This document shows positions 23,464 through 34,784 of a DNA stretch of 41,762 bases, in pieces (positions within the stretch are counted from its first letter, which is position 1; each line of letters opens with the position of its first letter). The position numbers were made by a program, and so were the translations under genes. The stretch comes from Octopus bimaculoides (Eukaryota), in NCBI RefSeq assembly GCF_001194135.2, contig NC_068986.1:20621287-20663048 (forward strand), in the 5' to 3' direction. The notes under the pieces are model-generated. The model worked only from the letters and a program-made list of their open reading frames with translations, did no database searches and had not been told where the DNA came from.

Positions 23464-24219
23464 TACGTGGTTTGAAACACAAACACATGCCTCTGTGTGT
23501 ACGTGAGTGTGTACTCGTGGGCGAGATCTGCGGGCGCTTCTATGTTTGTATGTATGTATGTATGTATGTATGTATGTATGTATGTATGTATGCGTGTATG
23601 TAATGTGTGTATGAATGCATGCATTTATGTATGCACACACACATATATATGCGTGTGTGCATGTATGCATGTTTGTATGTATGTATCTATCTATATCAAT
23701 CTATCCATCTATCTACCTGCATATGTGTGTGTGTGTGTGTCTGTGTGTGTGTGTGTGTGTGTTCAGGGTGTGTGTTGTGTGTGGAATTAGTAGAGTGTAT
23801 GAACATTGAACAGAATGCTTTTCGTTATTTGTTTAGTATCTCCCTGCCCTGTGTTCAACTCCCACCGAAATCCACTTCGTCTTTCATCTTTCCTTGGTCC
23901 ATAAATAAATTAATAATCCAAAGCAGTGAAAACTAGTTGATCGGCAAGAACACCGAACCGGATGCCTTGCTGCAATAGTCCCAGAACTTTGCATGCTGAA
24001 TTCAACTTATTATTGAGGAACTATAAACGTTGTCGTTTCGTTGTTGTTTAGATCCACTTTATAAGTTCAACCCTGAGTAGGCTTATGATCCAACGTGACC
24101 ATTCCAGCTTTTCTCATGTCAAAGGGACCCACGACCATATTATCAAACGTATTCTTCTTTTCAGCTGCTACCTTGAGCAGATTAAGGAAGTATGTATAAC
24201 AGAAAGGTTGTTATTTCTA

Positions 24220-24484
24220 TGTTTAGCCCCCCTATGTTTAGTCCCTTGTGGGCAATAAGAAAATAAGAAACGTTAGCACGCCGAGCAAAATGCTTAGCAG
24301 TATTTCGTCTGCCGTTACGTTTCTGAGTTCAAAGTCCGCCGAGGTAGACTTTGCCTTTCATCCTTTCGGGGTCGATAAATTAAGTACCAGTTACGCACTG
24401 GGGGTCGATGTAATCGACTTAATCCGTTTGTCTGTCCTTGTTTGTCCCCTCTATGTTTAGCCCCTTGTGGGCAATAAAGAAATA
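24220..24484 (+). mobile_element. Circularly permuted SINE family A (tail A) with 19-bp imperfect TSD
   Basis: Tail fragment, headless body, tail. TSD AGAAA(G/C)GTTG(T/C)TATTTCTA at 24201-24219 and 24485-24503. Confidence 0.85.
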
Positions 24485-25536
24485 AGAAACGTTGCTATTT
24501 CTAGCAGGTCGATCAACCACATAGTGACGCCCTGATTGGAAAAAAAGAGTGCAGTAAAAGAGTGGAAGCGTTGAGATGATGTCTGTGTCTGCTGGTGATT
24601 ACACAGGCATCTAAAACAATTAGCGAGAGCATGGTACAAACTACTAGGTCGTATACGTTAGTAAGTGACAGTCAAACATTTTCAGGTAGGTTTGATGAAC
24701 TTGTTTTTATCTAAGAGACAAAATGGCATCTTGCGAGAAGCTACAGAAAGCAGACAACGTGGAGACGACAGCTTTGTATTTTCCCGCGAAAATTCGCGAC
24801 AAGCATACTGCGCATGTCAAAGAGGTCACAAGAAATCGTGTTTCGACCTAATGTTGCAAGTACGATATAGAATTGTAAATATATGAATGAAAATGGTTTG
24901 AATCAAATGAATGAAAAGGACACACTGGAAAGTGTTGTCCAGGCTACACCATGCCTGAACCAAAAAAAAATAAAATAAAATTTAAAAAAAAAACAAGTCG
25001 GGATAATTGTTGTAGAAATTAAGTTTGAAATGAGGGCTAAAATAAGATTAAATATATAACAACGCTGATGATGAAGATGATGATTATGATGATGATGATG
25101 ATGATCATCATCACTACCACCACCCCCGCCACCGCCGTCGCCGCCGAGAGAGAAAAGTGAGAGGGAGAGAGAGAGAGAGTGTGAGAGAGAGAAAAGTGAG
25201 AGGGAGAGAGAGAGTGTGAGAGAGAAAAAGTGAAACTATTCGCCTTCGTCGCGCTTGTCAGAGGGAGAGGGAGGGAAAGAAAGTGAGAGAGAGAGAGATA
25301 AGTGAGAAGGAGAGGGAAGGAGAGAAAGTGAGAAAGAGAGAGAAAGTGACAGGGAGTGAGAGAAGGAAAGAGAGAGAGAGAGAGAGTGAGAGAGAGAGAA
25401 CCAATTATATTACTAGCTTATAACAAGAGCAACAGGAAAAAAGATTAAAAAAAAAAAGTTTTTTTATTTATAGTTTCAGCTTAAAGCTGCGGCCATGCTG
25501 ATGCACCACCGTGAAAAACATAGTCCAGCCACCGGA

Positions 25537-25604
25537 TGCCGAAACCCGGGATTGAACCAGGGACCTTTAGATCTTCAGTCTACCGCTCTCCCAACTGAGC
25601 TATT
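25537..25604 (-). pseudogene. tRNA-Phe(GAA) pseudogene, 5' acceptor strand lost
   Basis: AATAGCTCAGTTGGGAGAGCGGTAGACTGAAGATCTAAAGGTCCCTGGTTCAATCCCGGGTTTCGGCA is nearly the canonical metazoan tRNA-Phe. The first 5 nt GCCGA are replaced, and there is a G27:A43 mismatch. Confidence 0.9.
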
Positions 25605-26214
25605 AAATTTTCAACATATCTTAAGGCGGTGCCACAGCATGGCCGCAGTCAAATGACAAAAAATAAAAGAATAAAAGGTGACAAATAATAATAATAATAA
25701 TAAACCCCCAACAAAAAAATCGCAGTTCTTCCTTTTTCTTGGTACCCTAAGCACGTGTTTCTTTTTATTATCTTTTGATGGTAAATCCGATGTCGTGTAC
25801 ATTGCGTTGCCGTTGTCGAAACGAACTTCAACCGACAAAAATCCCTCACCGCAACATACGGAACCACACACACAAAAANNNNNNNNNNNNNNNNNNNNNN
25901 NNNNNNNNNNNNNNNNNNNNNNNNNNNNNNNNNNNNNNNNNNNNNNNNNNNNNNNNNNNNNNNNNNNNNNNNNNNNNNNNNNNNNNNNNNNNNNNNNNNN
26001 NNNNNNNNNNNNNNNNNNNNNNNNNNNNNNNNNNNNNNNNNNNNNNNNNNNNNNNNNNNNNNNNNNNNNNNNNNNNNNNNNNNNNNNNNNNNNNNNNNNN
26101 NNNNNNNNNNNNNNNNNNNNNNNNNNNNNNNNNNNNNNNNNNNNNNNNNNNNNNNNNNNNNNNNNNNNNNNNNNNNNNNNNNNNNNNNNNNNNNNNNNNN
26201 NNNNNNNNNNNNNN

Positions 26215-26250
<36 letters not shown>

Positions 26251-26263
26251 CATACATATATAT

Positions 26264-26427
26264 ACGACAGGCTTCTTTCAGTTTCTGTCTACCAAATCCA
26301 CTCACAAGGCTTTGGTCAGCCCGAGGCTATAGTAGAAGACACTTGCCCAAGGTGTCACGCAATGGGACTGAACCCAGAACCATGTAGTTGGTAGGCAAGC
26401 TACTTACCACACAGCCACTCCTACGCC
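26264..26427 (-). mobile_element. SINE family B 5' half
   Basis: Intact tRNA-like head AGGCGTAGGAGTGGCTGTGTGGTAAG...GGGTTCAGTCCC. Confidence 0.85.
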
Positions 26428-26618
26428 TCGTGATTATTTTCTATAAGCGCGTCGATCTATCGAAAGAAGTTCAAAGTGAACCACATTCATTTTCTCACTC
26501 AAAGGCGGGGGTGGAAGGTCTACGAAAGTGGCAGATGTTGCTTCTTCCTTGCAATATCAATGTTATATAATGTTTATATGTAAGCTTTTACTAAAAGCTA
26601 GAATACAAGTATACATGT

Positions 26619-26711
26619 AAGTGAGACTCCAATGAGATGGAAGAGACTCCGTTGAGTGAGACTCTGATGAGTGAGACTCCGATGAGTGAGACTCCATGTA
26701 GGTGAGACTCT
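26619..26711. repeat. 15-bp minisatellite (GAGTGAGACTCCGAT-like, about 6 units)
   Basis: GAGACTC at 26623, 26643, 26658, 26673, 26688 and 26704. Confidence 0.85.
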
Positions 26712-28164
26712 AATAAAAGGATTATTACAGAAATTAAAGTTTCGACACGTTGGCTAAAATGGTTCGCCATCTCTGGCCTTGATAAGTAAAAGGATTGCTT
26801 GCGGTTGGAATGTCTTTGATTTTAAGCCCGCAAGTTCACGGCTGACCTGGGGTTAAACAACAGCAGCAGCAGCAGCAACAACTGCAACTAGGACAGGCTT
26901 ACATAACTAGTTTAGACAGTGAAGAGAGAACGACATGTTCCCGCTGTAACACTGCACCTCATACCACTACCCTCTGCATGTCGGAGTATGTAGTCAGGCT
27001 CACTTTACGGTATATTCTTCTACGAACCACCAGACTTTGGAAACTCTCTCTCTCATCTCATTGTTTTCCTCCTTCTTAAGACCCAAACGCTTTCGAATTT
27101 AAAGTAAATTCATTCCTTTCGTCTTAATTTCTCCATCACTAAATGACTCTTCACCTTGTTTGGGACTTATGAAAAAAACAAAAAAAATCTGGAGCAATAT
27201 GCCACTGGGTGGCACCTAACTGCTCGTTCAGAGCTGACCTAAAGAACAACGGCAACAGTAGCAGTAGAATTAACAGTAGCAGCAACATCAAGAACAAAGC
27301 CAAACAAAAAAAAAAAAAAAAAANNNNNNNNNNNNNNNNNNNNNNNNNNNNNNNNNNNNNNNNNNNNNNNNNNNNNNNNNNNNNNNNNNNNNNNNNNNNN
27401 NNNNNNNNNNNNNNNNNNNNNNNNNNNNNNNNNNNNNNNNNNNNNNNNNNNNNNNNNNNNNNNNNNNNNNNNNNNNNNNNNNNNNNNNNNNNNNNNNNNN
27501 NNNNNNNNNNNNNNNNNNNNNNNNNNNNNNNNNNNNNNNNNNNNNNNNNNNNNNNNNNNNNNNNNNNNNNNNNNNNNNNNNNNNNNNNNNNNNNNNNNNN
27601 NNNNNNNNNNNNNNNNNNNNNNNNNNNNNNNNNNNNNNNNNNNNNNNNNNNNNNNNNNNNNNNNNNNNNNNNNNNNNNNNNNNNNNNNNNNNNNNNNNNN
27701 NNNNNNNNNNNNNNNNNNNNNNNNNNNNNNNNNNNNNNNNNNNNNNNNNNNNNNNNNNNNNNNNNNNNNNNNNNNNNNNNNNNNNNNNNNNNNNNNNNNN
27801 NNNNNNNNNNNNNNNNNNNNNNNNNNNNNNNNNNNNNNNNNNNNNNNNNNNNNNNNNNNNNNNNNNNNNNNNNNNNNNNNNNNNNNNNNNNNNNNNNNNN
27901 NNNNNNNNNNNNNNNNNNNNNNNNNNNNNNNNNNNNNNNNNNNNNNNNNNNNNNNNNNNTTTAAAAGAAAAAAATATTTTGTTTACAGATCAATATGACC
28001 AATAAAACAAGGTATGTAATATTTTTCCTTGTGATACTTTCAAAAATAAAATATTAACTTTGAAACATTTTTGTTTTAATTTTTAAAAAACTTTTTATGC
28101 GAAGTGCACAAGTGTTTATTTAAAAAAAAAATTTAATCTCCATTGGACCACGAAGTCAAAAAGA

Positions 28165-28333
28165 TACTTTTCTACTCTAGGTACAAGTCCTGAAATTTTT
28201 GGGGAGGGCCAGTCGATTAGATCGACCCAGTATGCAACTGGTACTTAATTTATCGACCCCTAAAGGATGAAAGGCAAAGTCTACCTCGGCGGAAATTGAA
28301 CTCAGAACGTAAAGACAGATGAAATACCGCTAA
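28165..28333 (-). mobile_element. 5'-truncated SINE family A (tail B)
   Basis: Core and tail match the other copies. Confidence 0.85.
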
Positions 28334-28725
28334 ACGAAGTGAAGAAGGTTGACAAGAGCAGGGTTGATCAGAAGAAGGAATGGCTATGTCTGTTACTCAT
28401 TTCAGGGTTTCCCTGACTTGTCTAAGGAAGGAAGGAAGGGCCGAAGGATTTAGCCGCAGACTGGAAACCTGGGCCCAAAATGCAAGCAAGAAGTGGACTC
28501 CAGTAAAGGCCCCGGAATTCCTGGTTGTTGTAACAAGCTCGGGATCAGTGGGTGCAGGAGGTGCAAGAGCAGCTCTTAAAATTTTGGGGGACAATAAAAA
28601 TGCTTTCAACGTCCTTCTGAAGAACTTCAACACCAAAACGAACGAACATAGAAACAATTTTTGGACTGATTTGAAACATTATTTTTCCATTATCGGATTT
28701 GTCTGATTTGGTCGATGTACAAATA

Positions 28726-28792
<67 letters not shown>

Positions 28793-29247
28793 TTTTGCCT
28801 ATGTTTGTTTTGAGATATTAAGATCGAAAAAATCGGCCTTGTTTGTAAAAGATTTTGGTTCTGGGTTTGCATCTTCCATGTAAATTTCGTTCTTGTATCT
28901 ATGGTTCTAGATGATGAATTTAGTCCTACTCAACAAGACAGACAAGGGCACTTCCTACAGGATTCCACATAGTCTCCGTCTATCAAATGTCATTCACAAG
29001 GCTTTGATCGATCCCGCAATAAGTAGAAGACATATACCACGTGTGCGACAAAGCGAGATCAAATTGAACATGTCCTGCTGTATTTAGCTACGGACCTTTA
29101 CGTTCTTGGTTCAAATCCCGCTGAGGTTAATTTTGATTTTTATTCATCGAAGGACCGATACAAAAATTAATTAATAACACCAGTCGAGTATTTGAGTCAG
29201 CGTCTACTACTTCTATAATGCATTGTAGATGTGAAGGGAATTATTAC

Positions 29248-29572
29248 TGATACTCCGTCGGTTACGACGACGAGTGTTCCAGCTGATCCGATCCGATCAA
29301 CGGAACAGCCGGCTCGTGAAATTAACGTGCAAGTGGCTGAGCACTCCACAGACACGTGTACCCTTAACGCAGTTCTCAAGGAAATTCAGTGTTACACAGA
29401 ATGTGACAAGGCTGGCCCTTTGAAATACAGGTACTGCTAATTTTTTTCCAGGTGAGTGGACTGGAGCAATGTGAAATAAAATGTCAAAAAATGTCTTGCT
29501 CAAGGACATAACGCACCGCTGGGAATCGAACTCGCGACAGCGATCGGAATACCCTAAGCACTAAGCTACGCG
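29248..29572 (-). mobile_element. SINE sharing the family C 3' ~185 bp but with a different head/middle
   Basis: 29250-29432 aligns with 11612-11790; the 5' part (GTCCTTGAGCAAGACA box) differs. Confidence 0.8.
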
Positions 29573-29679
29573 CTTTCACGGAGAGAATTATTAATGGAAG
29601 AGACAACATGAACAACAACAGTAACATTAAAGAAGAATAAATAAAAAGAAATGCAATAAAGACGATAATGGTGCTTTCT

Positions 29680-29865
29680 AAATTTGGCACAAGGCCAGCA
29701 ATTTTAGAGGGAAGCAGGTAAGTCGATTACAGTGGCCTTAGCGCTTAACAGGTACTTTATTTCATCGACCCCGGAGGCGTGAAAGGCAAAGTTGGCCTCT
29801 GTGGAATTTGAACTTAGAATGTAACGAATCTGATGAAAGCTGACAAATATTTTGTCCGACGCGCA
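29680..29865 (-). mobile_element. Diverged SINE family A copy
   Basis: Core GTGAAAGGCAAAGTTGGCCTCTGTGGAATTTGAAC. Confidence 0.7.
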
Positions 29866-30651
29866 ATAATAATAATAATAATAATAACAATGATTTCTTT
29901 ATTAACCACAAGGGTTTACATTAAGAAAAACATTATGGACAGTACAGGACAGAACAAAGAATGTGTGTGTGTGTGTGAGTGTGTGTTGTGAGAGTTTTGC
30001 GTGTAAACAAGACAAACAAAATAATAAAAAAAACCAAAAAATCAGCAGTGTGTTATCCTCAATAGCGGGGGGTGGGGGGTGGACGTTCGAAGGCTGCTCA
30101 TGTAAAAACCCCATAAAAAAAACCCATGGGTATTCTGACTTTTAGGGCAGTGCCTTTTTTCTTTCCCCTTTTCCAACTACAGACGTATGCTTAAGGCAAG
30201 ACTANNNNNNNNNNNNNNNNNNNNNNNNNNNNNNNNNNNNNNNNNNNNNNNNNNNNNNNNNNNNNNNNNNNNNNNNNNNNNNNNNNNNNNNNNNNNNNNN
30301 NNNNNNNNNNNNNNNNNNNNNNNNNNNNNNNNNNNNNNNNNNNNNNNNNNNNNNNNNNNNNNNNNNNNNNNNNNNNNNNNNNNNNNNNNNNNNNNNNNNN
30401 NNNNNNNNNNNNNNNNNNNNNNNNNNNNNNNNNNNNNNNNNNNNNNNNNNNNNNNNNNNNNNNNNNNNNNNNNNNNNNNNNNNNNNNNNNNNNNNNNNNN
30501 NNNNNNNNNNNNNNNNNNNNNNNNNNNNNNNNNNNNNNNNNNNNNNNNNNNNNNNNNNNNNNNNNNNNNNNNNNNNNNNNNNNNNNNNNNNNNNNNNNNN
30601 NNNNNNNNNNNNNNNNNNNNNNNNNNNNAAAAAACAAAAAAAAAAACTTTC

Positions 30652-31068
30652 TACCATTGGCCCGAGACCTGGATTTTTGTGGAGAGAGGAACAATCGATC
30701 ACATCGACCTCAGTACATGACTGGTACCTAATTTATCGGCCCCGAAAAAGATGAAAGGCAAAGTTGACCTCGGTGGAATTTGAACTCAGAACGTAGCGAC
30801 GTGCGAAATACAGCTGAGTGTTTCGCCCGGCGTGCTAACGAGTCTGTCAATAATAATAATAATAATAATTTCTACTTTAGGCACAGTTCCCGAAATTTGG
30901 GGTTAGGAGGCCAGTCGATTAGATCAACCTCAGTACGCAACTGGTACTTAATTTATCTACCCCGAAAGGATGAAAGGCAAAGTCGACCTCGGTGGAATTT
31001 GAACTCAGAACGTTGCGACGTGCGAAATACCGCTAAGCATTTTGCCCGGCGTGCTAACGATTCTGCCA
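30652..31068 (-). mobile_element. Two tandem SINE family A copies separated by (AAT)n, about 70 bp from the exon 1 donor
   Basis: Copies at about 30652-30848 and 30868-31068. Confidence 0.85.
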
Positions 31069-31135
31069 ATAATAATAATAATAATAATAATAATGATAAT
31101 AATAAAAATAAAAATAAAAATAAAAATTGACTTAC

Positions 31136-31211
31136 CGGTGGGGATTTGCCTGGCCAAACAGCTGAATGTCAGGCCTGCTATGACAGATAGTAAAATTTCG
31201 TAGACGTGCAT
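31136..31211 (-). CDS. Probable first coding exon: signal peptide MHVYEILLSVIAGLTFSCLA|RQIPT
   Basis: ATG at 31211, hydrophobic core ILLSVIAGLTFSCLA with a small-residue cleavage site, and a strong phase-1 donor CCG|GTAAGT at 31135. The layout is typical of a signal-peptide exon. Confidence 0.75.
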
Positions 31212-31656
31212 TGGCGATCCACAGTAAATAGTCAGCCGACCAATCCGGTGTAATGGTGCCTTGTCGCTTCAGCTAATAACCACTATCACCACCACCACAA
31301 CCACAACCACAGCTAACAGTTATACCAAAACACTTGCTACTGCTTCTACTATTATTATTGTTATTATTTGTTACTGTAATTAAAATGATATCAAAAATGA
31401 TAATGATGATGATAAATAATATCAACAATATTGCAGCTGTTGCTGTAATTAGTTGTAATCAGTGGAAGTAATTATGCTGTTAATTGTATCGCTATCAACA
31501 CTGTCCTANNNNNNNNNNNNNNNNNNNNNNNNNNNNNNNNNNNNNNNNNNNNNNNNNNNNNNNNNNNNNNNNNNNNNNNNNNNNNNNNNNNNNNNNNNNN
31601 NNNNNNNNNNNNNNNNNNNNNNNNNNNNNNNNNNNNNNNNNNNNNNNNNNNNNNNN

Positions 31657-31718
<62 letters not shown>

Positions 31719-32228
31719 TGTATTATACAAATGCGCGCACGCACTTTCTATTGCTTATGCTAATACTTGTTATTCCGGCTGTTTTATCCCTGCTGTTGTT
31801 TTGCCGGCCGGCTCTTAGTTCGGTGAAAATGACGGCAAATGAGAGGAGCTTAGCTGTAGTTATATCTATGAATATCTGTATCTATATAAATACAGTGTGC
31901 CTAAAAAGTTAGTGTATGAAGTAGTAGGACTAGTAACAGTTGTAGTTAATGTTTGCGGTTATGAATAATGGTATTTGTAGCAATATTAATTCTAGTAGTT
32001 TTAGCAGTGATAGAAGCTATTGCGAGTGTAGTAACCACAGCTCGTTGCAAGAATTCTGTGTAGATGTGATGTTTGTAAAATGTAACAAGTTGTTTTTGCT
32101 CACGATATGTATATAATAAAATTATATAATGTATTGTATGTTGTATATGTTATGTGTATATTATAGATGTATGAGATATATGTTGTATCATACAAACATA
32201 TGTTTTGGTATTTCTCTGTATATCAACG

Positions 32229-32265
<37 letters not shown>

Positions 32266-32627
32266 ATGATTTTCTTGGTTAAAGCGTACAGTTTTATCGT
32301 GGTAGCTTGCTTGGTGGTTACCCAGTAAAGTGATGTTTGAGTGATTCCATGCCTCTTTTAAATAATTCTGCCCGGCTTTATGATTCGCTAGAATTAGCAA
32401 GAACGTGTGTGTGTGTGTATGTGTGTGTGTGTGTGTGTATGTACATGTGTATATGTATAGGCATATCCGTGAGTGTATGTGTGCGTGTGCGTGTGCGTGT
32501 GTGTTTCTCTCTCTATTCAATACACTCACACATATACACATATGTTCACACAGAAACGCTCATACAAAGACATATCTATTATATCTATATGAACACATGC
32601 ATCTGTGTGAAGTGCGTCTGTGTTCGA

Positions 32628-32673
<46 letters not shown>

Positions 32674-33240
32674 TATAGCTGTGCATGTGTGACTGCGTCT
32701 GTGTGTGAGTGACTGTTTGTAAACAGGTAGAATTTTACGCAAATACAAACATACAATAAATACAAATAAAAATTTGAAAAAAAAAAGAAAAGAGAAAAGC
32801 GATAAGCCTTGGTGTGAAATGGATTTAGCAGCTGTACTCTGGATGTGACGTAGCGTGACGTCACGTGACGTAGCATGTAGCATAGACTGGCGTTGCCTGA
32901 TGTCGGGTGGCAGAGGATAAGAACATATATCAAAACAGCGTGCAGGGTGTCCTGCGCAGGGGTAACGTGGTATGACGTAGGATAATGTCGCATGGATAAA
33001 AAACAGAGGGGTTGGCTTTAGGGTTTAAGCATGGCCATGTGGTTAAGAAGTTCACTTCGCAATCAAGTGGTTCTGAGTTTGATATCATTGGGACAAACGG
33101 ACAAATATCCTCCACTGGAGTCCCCTATTAACCCAAACCTTAGTAGTGAAAGTGTTTACTGGGCCTCGTTTACCATTATGGGCGTAATTTGAGAGAGATA
33201 TTTTACTGATATTTCTAACAGTTTGAGCGATCACTTGGGG

Positions 33241-33518
33241 CAGTGTTTCTCACCCCACCTTTTTTTACTTGTGGATCTCCTTGATTCCTCTTTCACTATT
33301 AAACCCCTGTTATTCGGATGAACCCTCATAGCCATTCAATGTTTAAAAAATCCTGTTATCGTTTTATTCTTAAATATTTTTAGGAATTGTATAAAAAAAT
33401 TGTTAAAATATTTTGTGTTTTCTGGAAGCATATCCAATTTATTGTACACAATTTTTAACAGCAAAATCTTATATGGAGCCCCACTAAGGGTCATATGGAC
33501 CCCAGTTGAGAACCACTG
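33241..33518. mobile_element. hAT (Charlie-like) MITE
   Basis: TIRs CAGTGTTTCTCA and TGAGAACCACTG; no 8-bp TSD retained. Confidence 0.7.
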
Positions 33519-34139
33519 GCTGTGTGGCACAAAGGTGGGATCTTTCCTCCGGTATGTCGGCAATGAAGGTTTCCGATTGAGTAAGATTACTTAATTTCAA
33601 ATGCTTGTAACTTTTTAATTTAGTAATTTCTGAAAAAAAAAAAATCACAAACTATCTACTTTGTTCGTTACAAGATCAGCGGCGGTCTGCTGCTTCTCTG
33701 TTTATATATTGTGAAGAGGGACGATTGACTGCCATCTCTAGCAGACCGATGAAGGGTAAAGACCCAGGAACCATAGTCTACTGGTCTTGCCAAGTTAGAG
33801 GGGAGTGATTCGCTCCCTTAATCACGATATATTGGACACAGGTTGTGTGTCGTTAACCAGCTGGAAAAGACGTTTTCCAGGGGTTAAAATGTAGTTACAT
33901 AGTTCTTTATAGAACAACCGTGTTATAGTGGCAAAATAACAAAACAAAACAAAACAAAACAAAACAAACAACAAACAAACAAAGAAAAAACAAAAATGTT
34001 ACCATTATTATTATCGTTTACAGAATTGTAAAAATCGACACTGCTTACCAAAACCATCGCAGAAAATGCACATGATGTTTGTTTACAAAGACAACATTGA
34101 ACTAATTATAGTTTTTAAATCTGAGGGTAAGAGGCCAGG

Positions 34140-34228
34140 GATGCGTTGGTGTAATGGTAACACACTTGTTGCAAAAACAAGGAGCTGTGGGTTCAAGTCC
34201 CATTAGTACGGAAACCCTACTTTTTTTT
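34140..34228 (+). pseudogene. tRNA-like element with broken acceptor stem and T8 terminator
   Basis: D-stem GTGT/ACAC, anticodon stem CTTGT/ACAAG, T-stem GTGGG/CCCAT with TTCAAGT loop, A- and B-boxes; identity unassignable. Confidence 0.6.
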
Positions 34229-34326
34229 CCGTCGAGGGCTTATATGCCCCAGTGTTAGGTTATTTTCTGTAGTCATTACACGGTGATTGCTTATAAGCTT
34301 ATAAAATATTAATATATATATATATT

Positions 34327-34517
34327 TGTGCCCCACCACCGCTTGACAACCGGTGTTGGAATGTTTACGTCCCTATAAGCTATCGGTTCGGCAAAGAGAC
34401 TGATAGAATAAGCAGTAGGCTTAAAATAAAAACAAAACCCGGGGTCGACTTATTCGACTAAAAATTCTTCAAGGCTGTGCCCCAGTATGGCCACAGTCTA
34501 CCGACCGAAACAAATTA
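34327..34517 (+). mobile_element. SINE 3' half (family B-type tail)
   Basis: Reverse complement aligns with 34618-34784; a third copy lies at about 35455-35615. Confidence 0.75.
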
Positions 34518-34617
34518 AACTTAAATGACCAAAGAAGCCGGGAAATCAGCCTTATGAGGCTATGGTTCGGGAGGAATCCTTGATATTTGATTTTATCATA
34601 TATATATATATATACTC

Positions 34618-34784
34618 TTTTACTTGTTTCAGTCATTTGACTGCGGCCATGCTGGAGCACCGCCTTTAGTCAAGCAAATCGACCCCAGGACTTATTCTTT
34701 GGAAGCCTAGTACTTATTCTATCGGTCTCTTTTGCCGAACCGCTAGTTAACGGGGACGTAAACACACCAGCATCGGTTGTCAAG
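34618..34784 (-). mobile_element. SINE 3' half (family B-type tail), inverted relative to 34327-34517
   Basis: TTTACTTGTTTCAGTCATTTGACTGCGGCCATGCTGGAGCACCGCC end; truncated by a gap. Confidence 0.8.

Noticed and set aside
25730-25871. ORF EGFLSVEVRFDNGNAMY...KHVLRV as pro-domain exon
   Set aside because: No proper acceptor before the gap and a poor donor; resemblance is weak.
28800-28900. FFDLNI peptide as a Penelope RT fragment
   Set aside because: Six-residue similarity only; flanking frames do not continue the RT.
33670-33710. Minus-strand TATATAAA as the gene promoter
   Set aside because: No supportable exon path to the ATG exon; needs TSS data.
33746-33772. CCGATGA-A-GGG-TAAAGA-CCC-AGGAAC hammerhead-like motif
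   Set aside because: Core deviates at several invariant positions and no stem I/III can be built.
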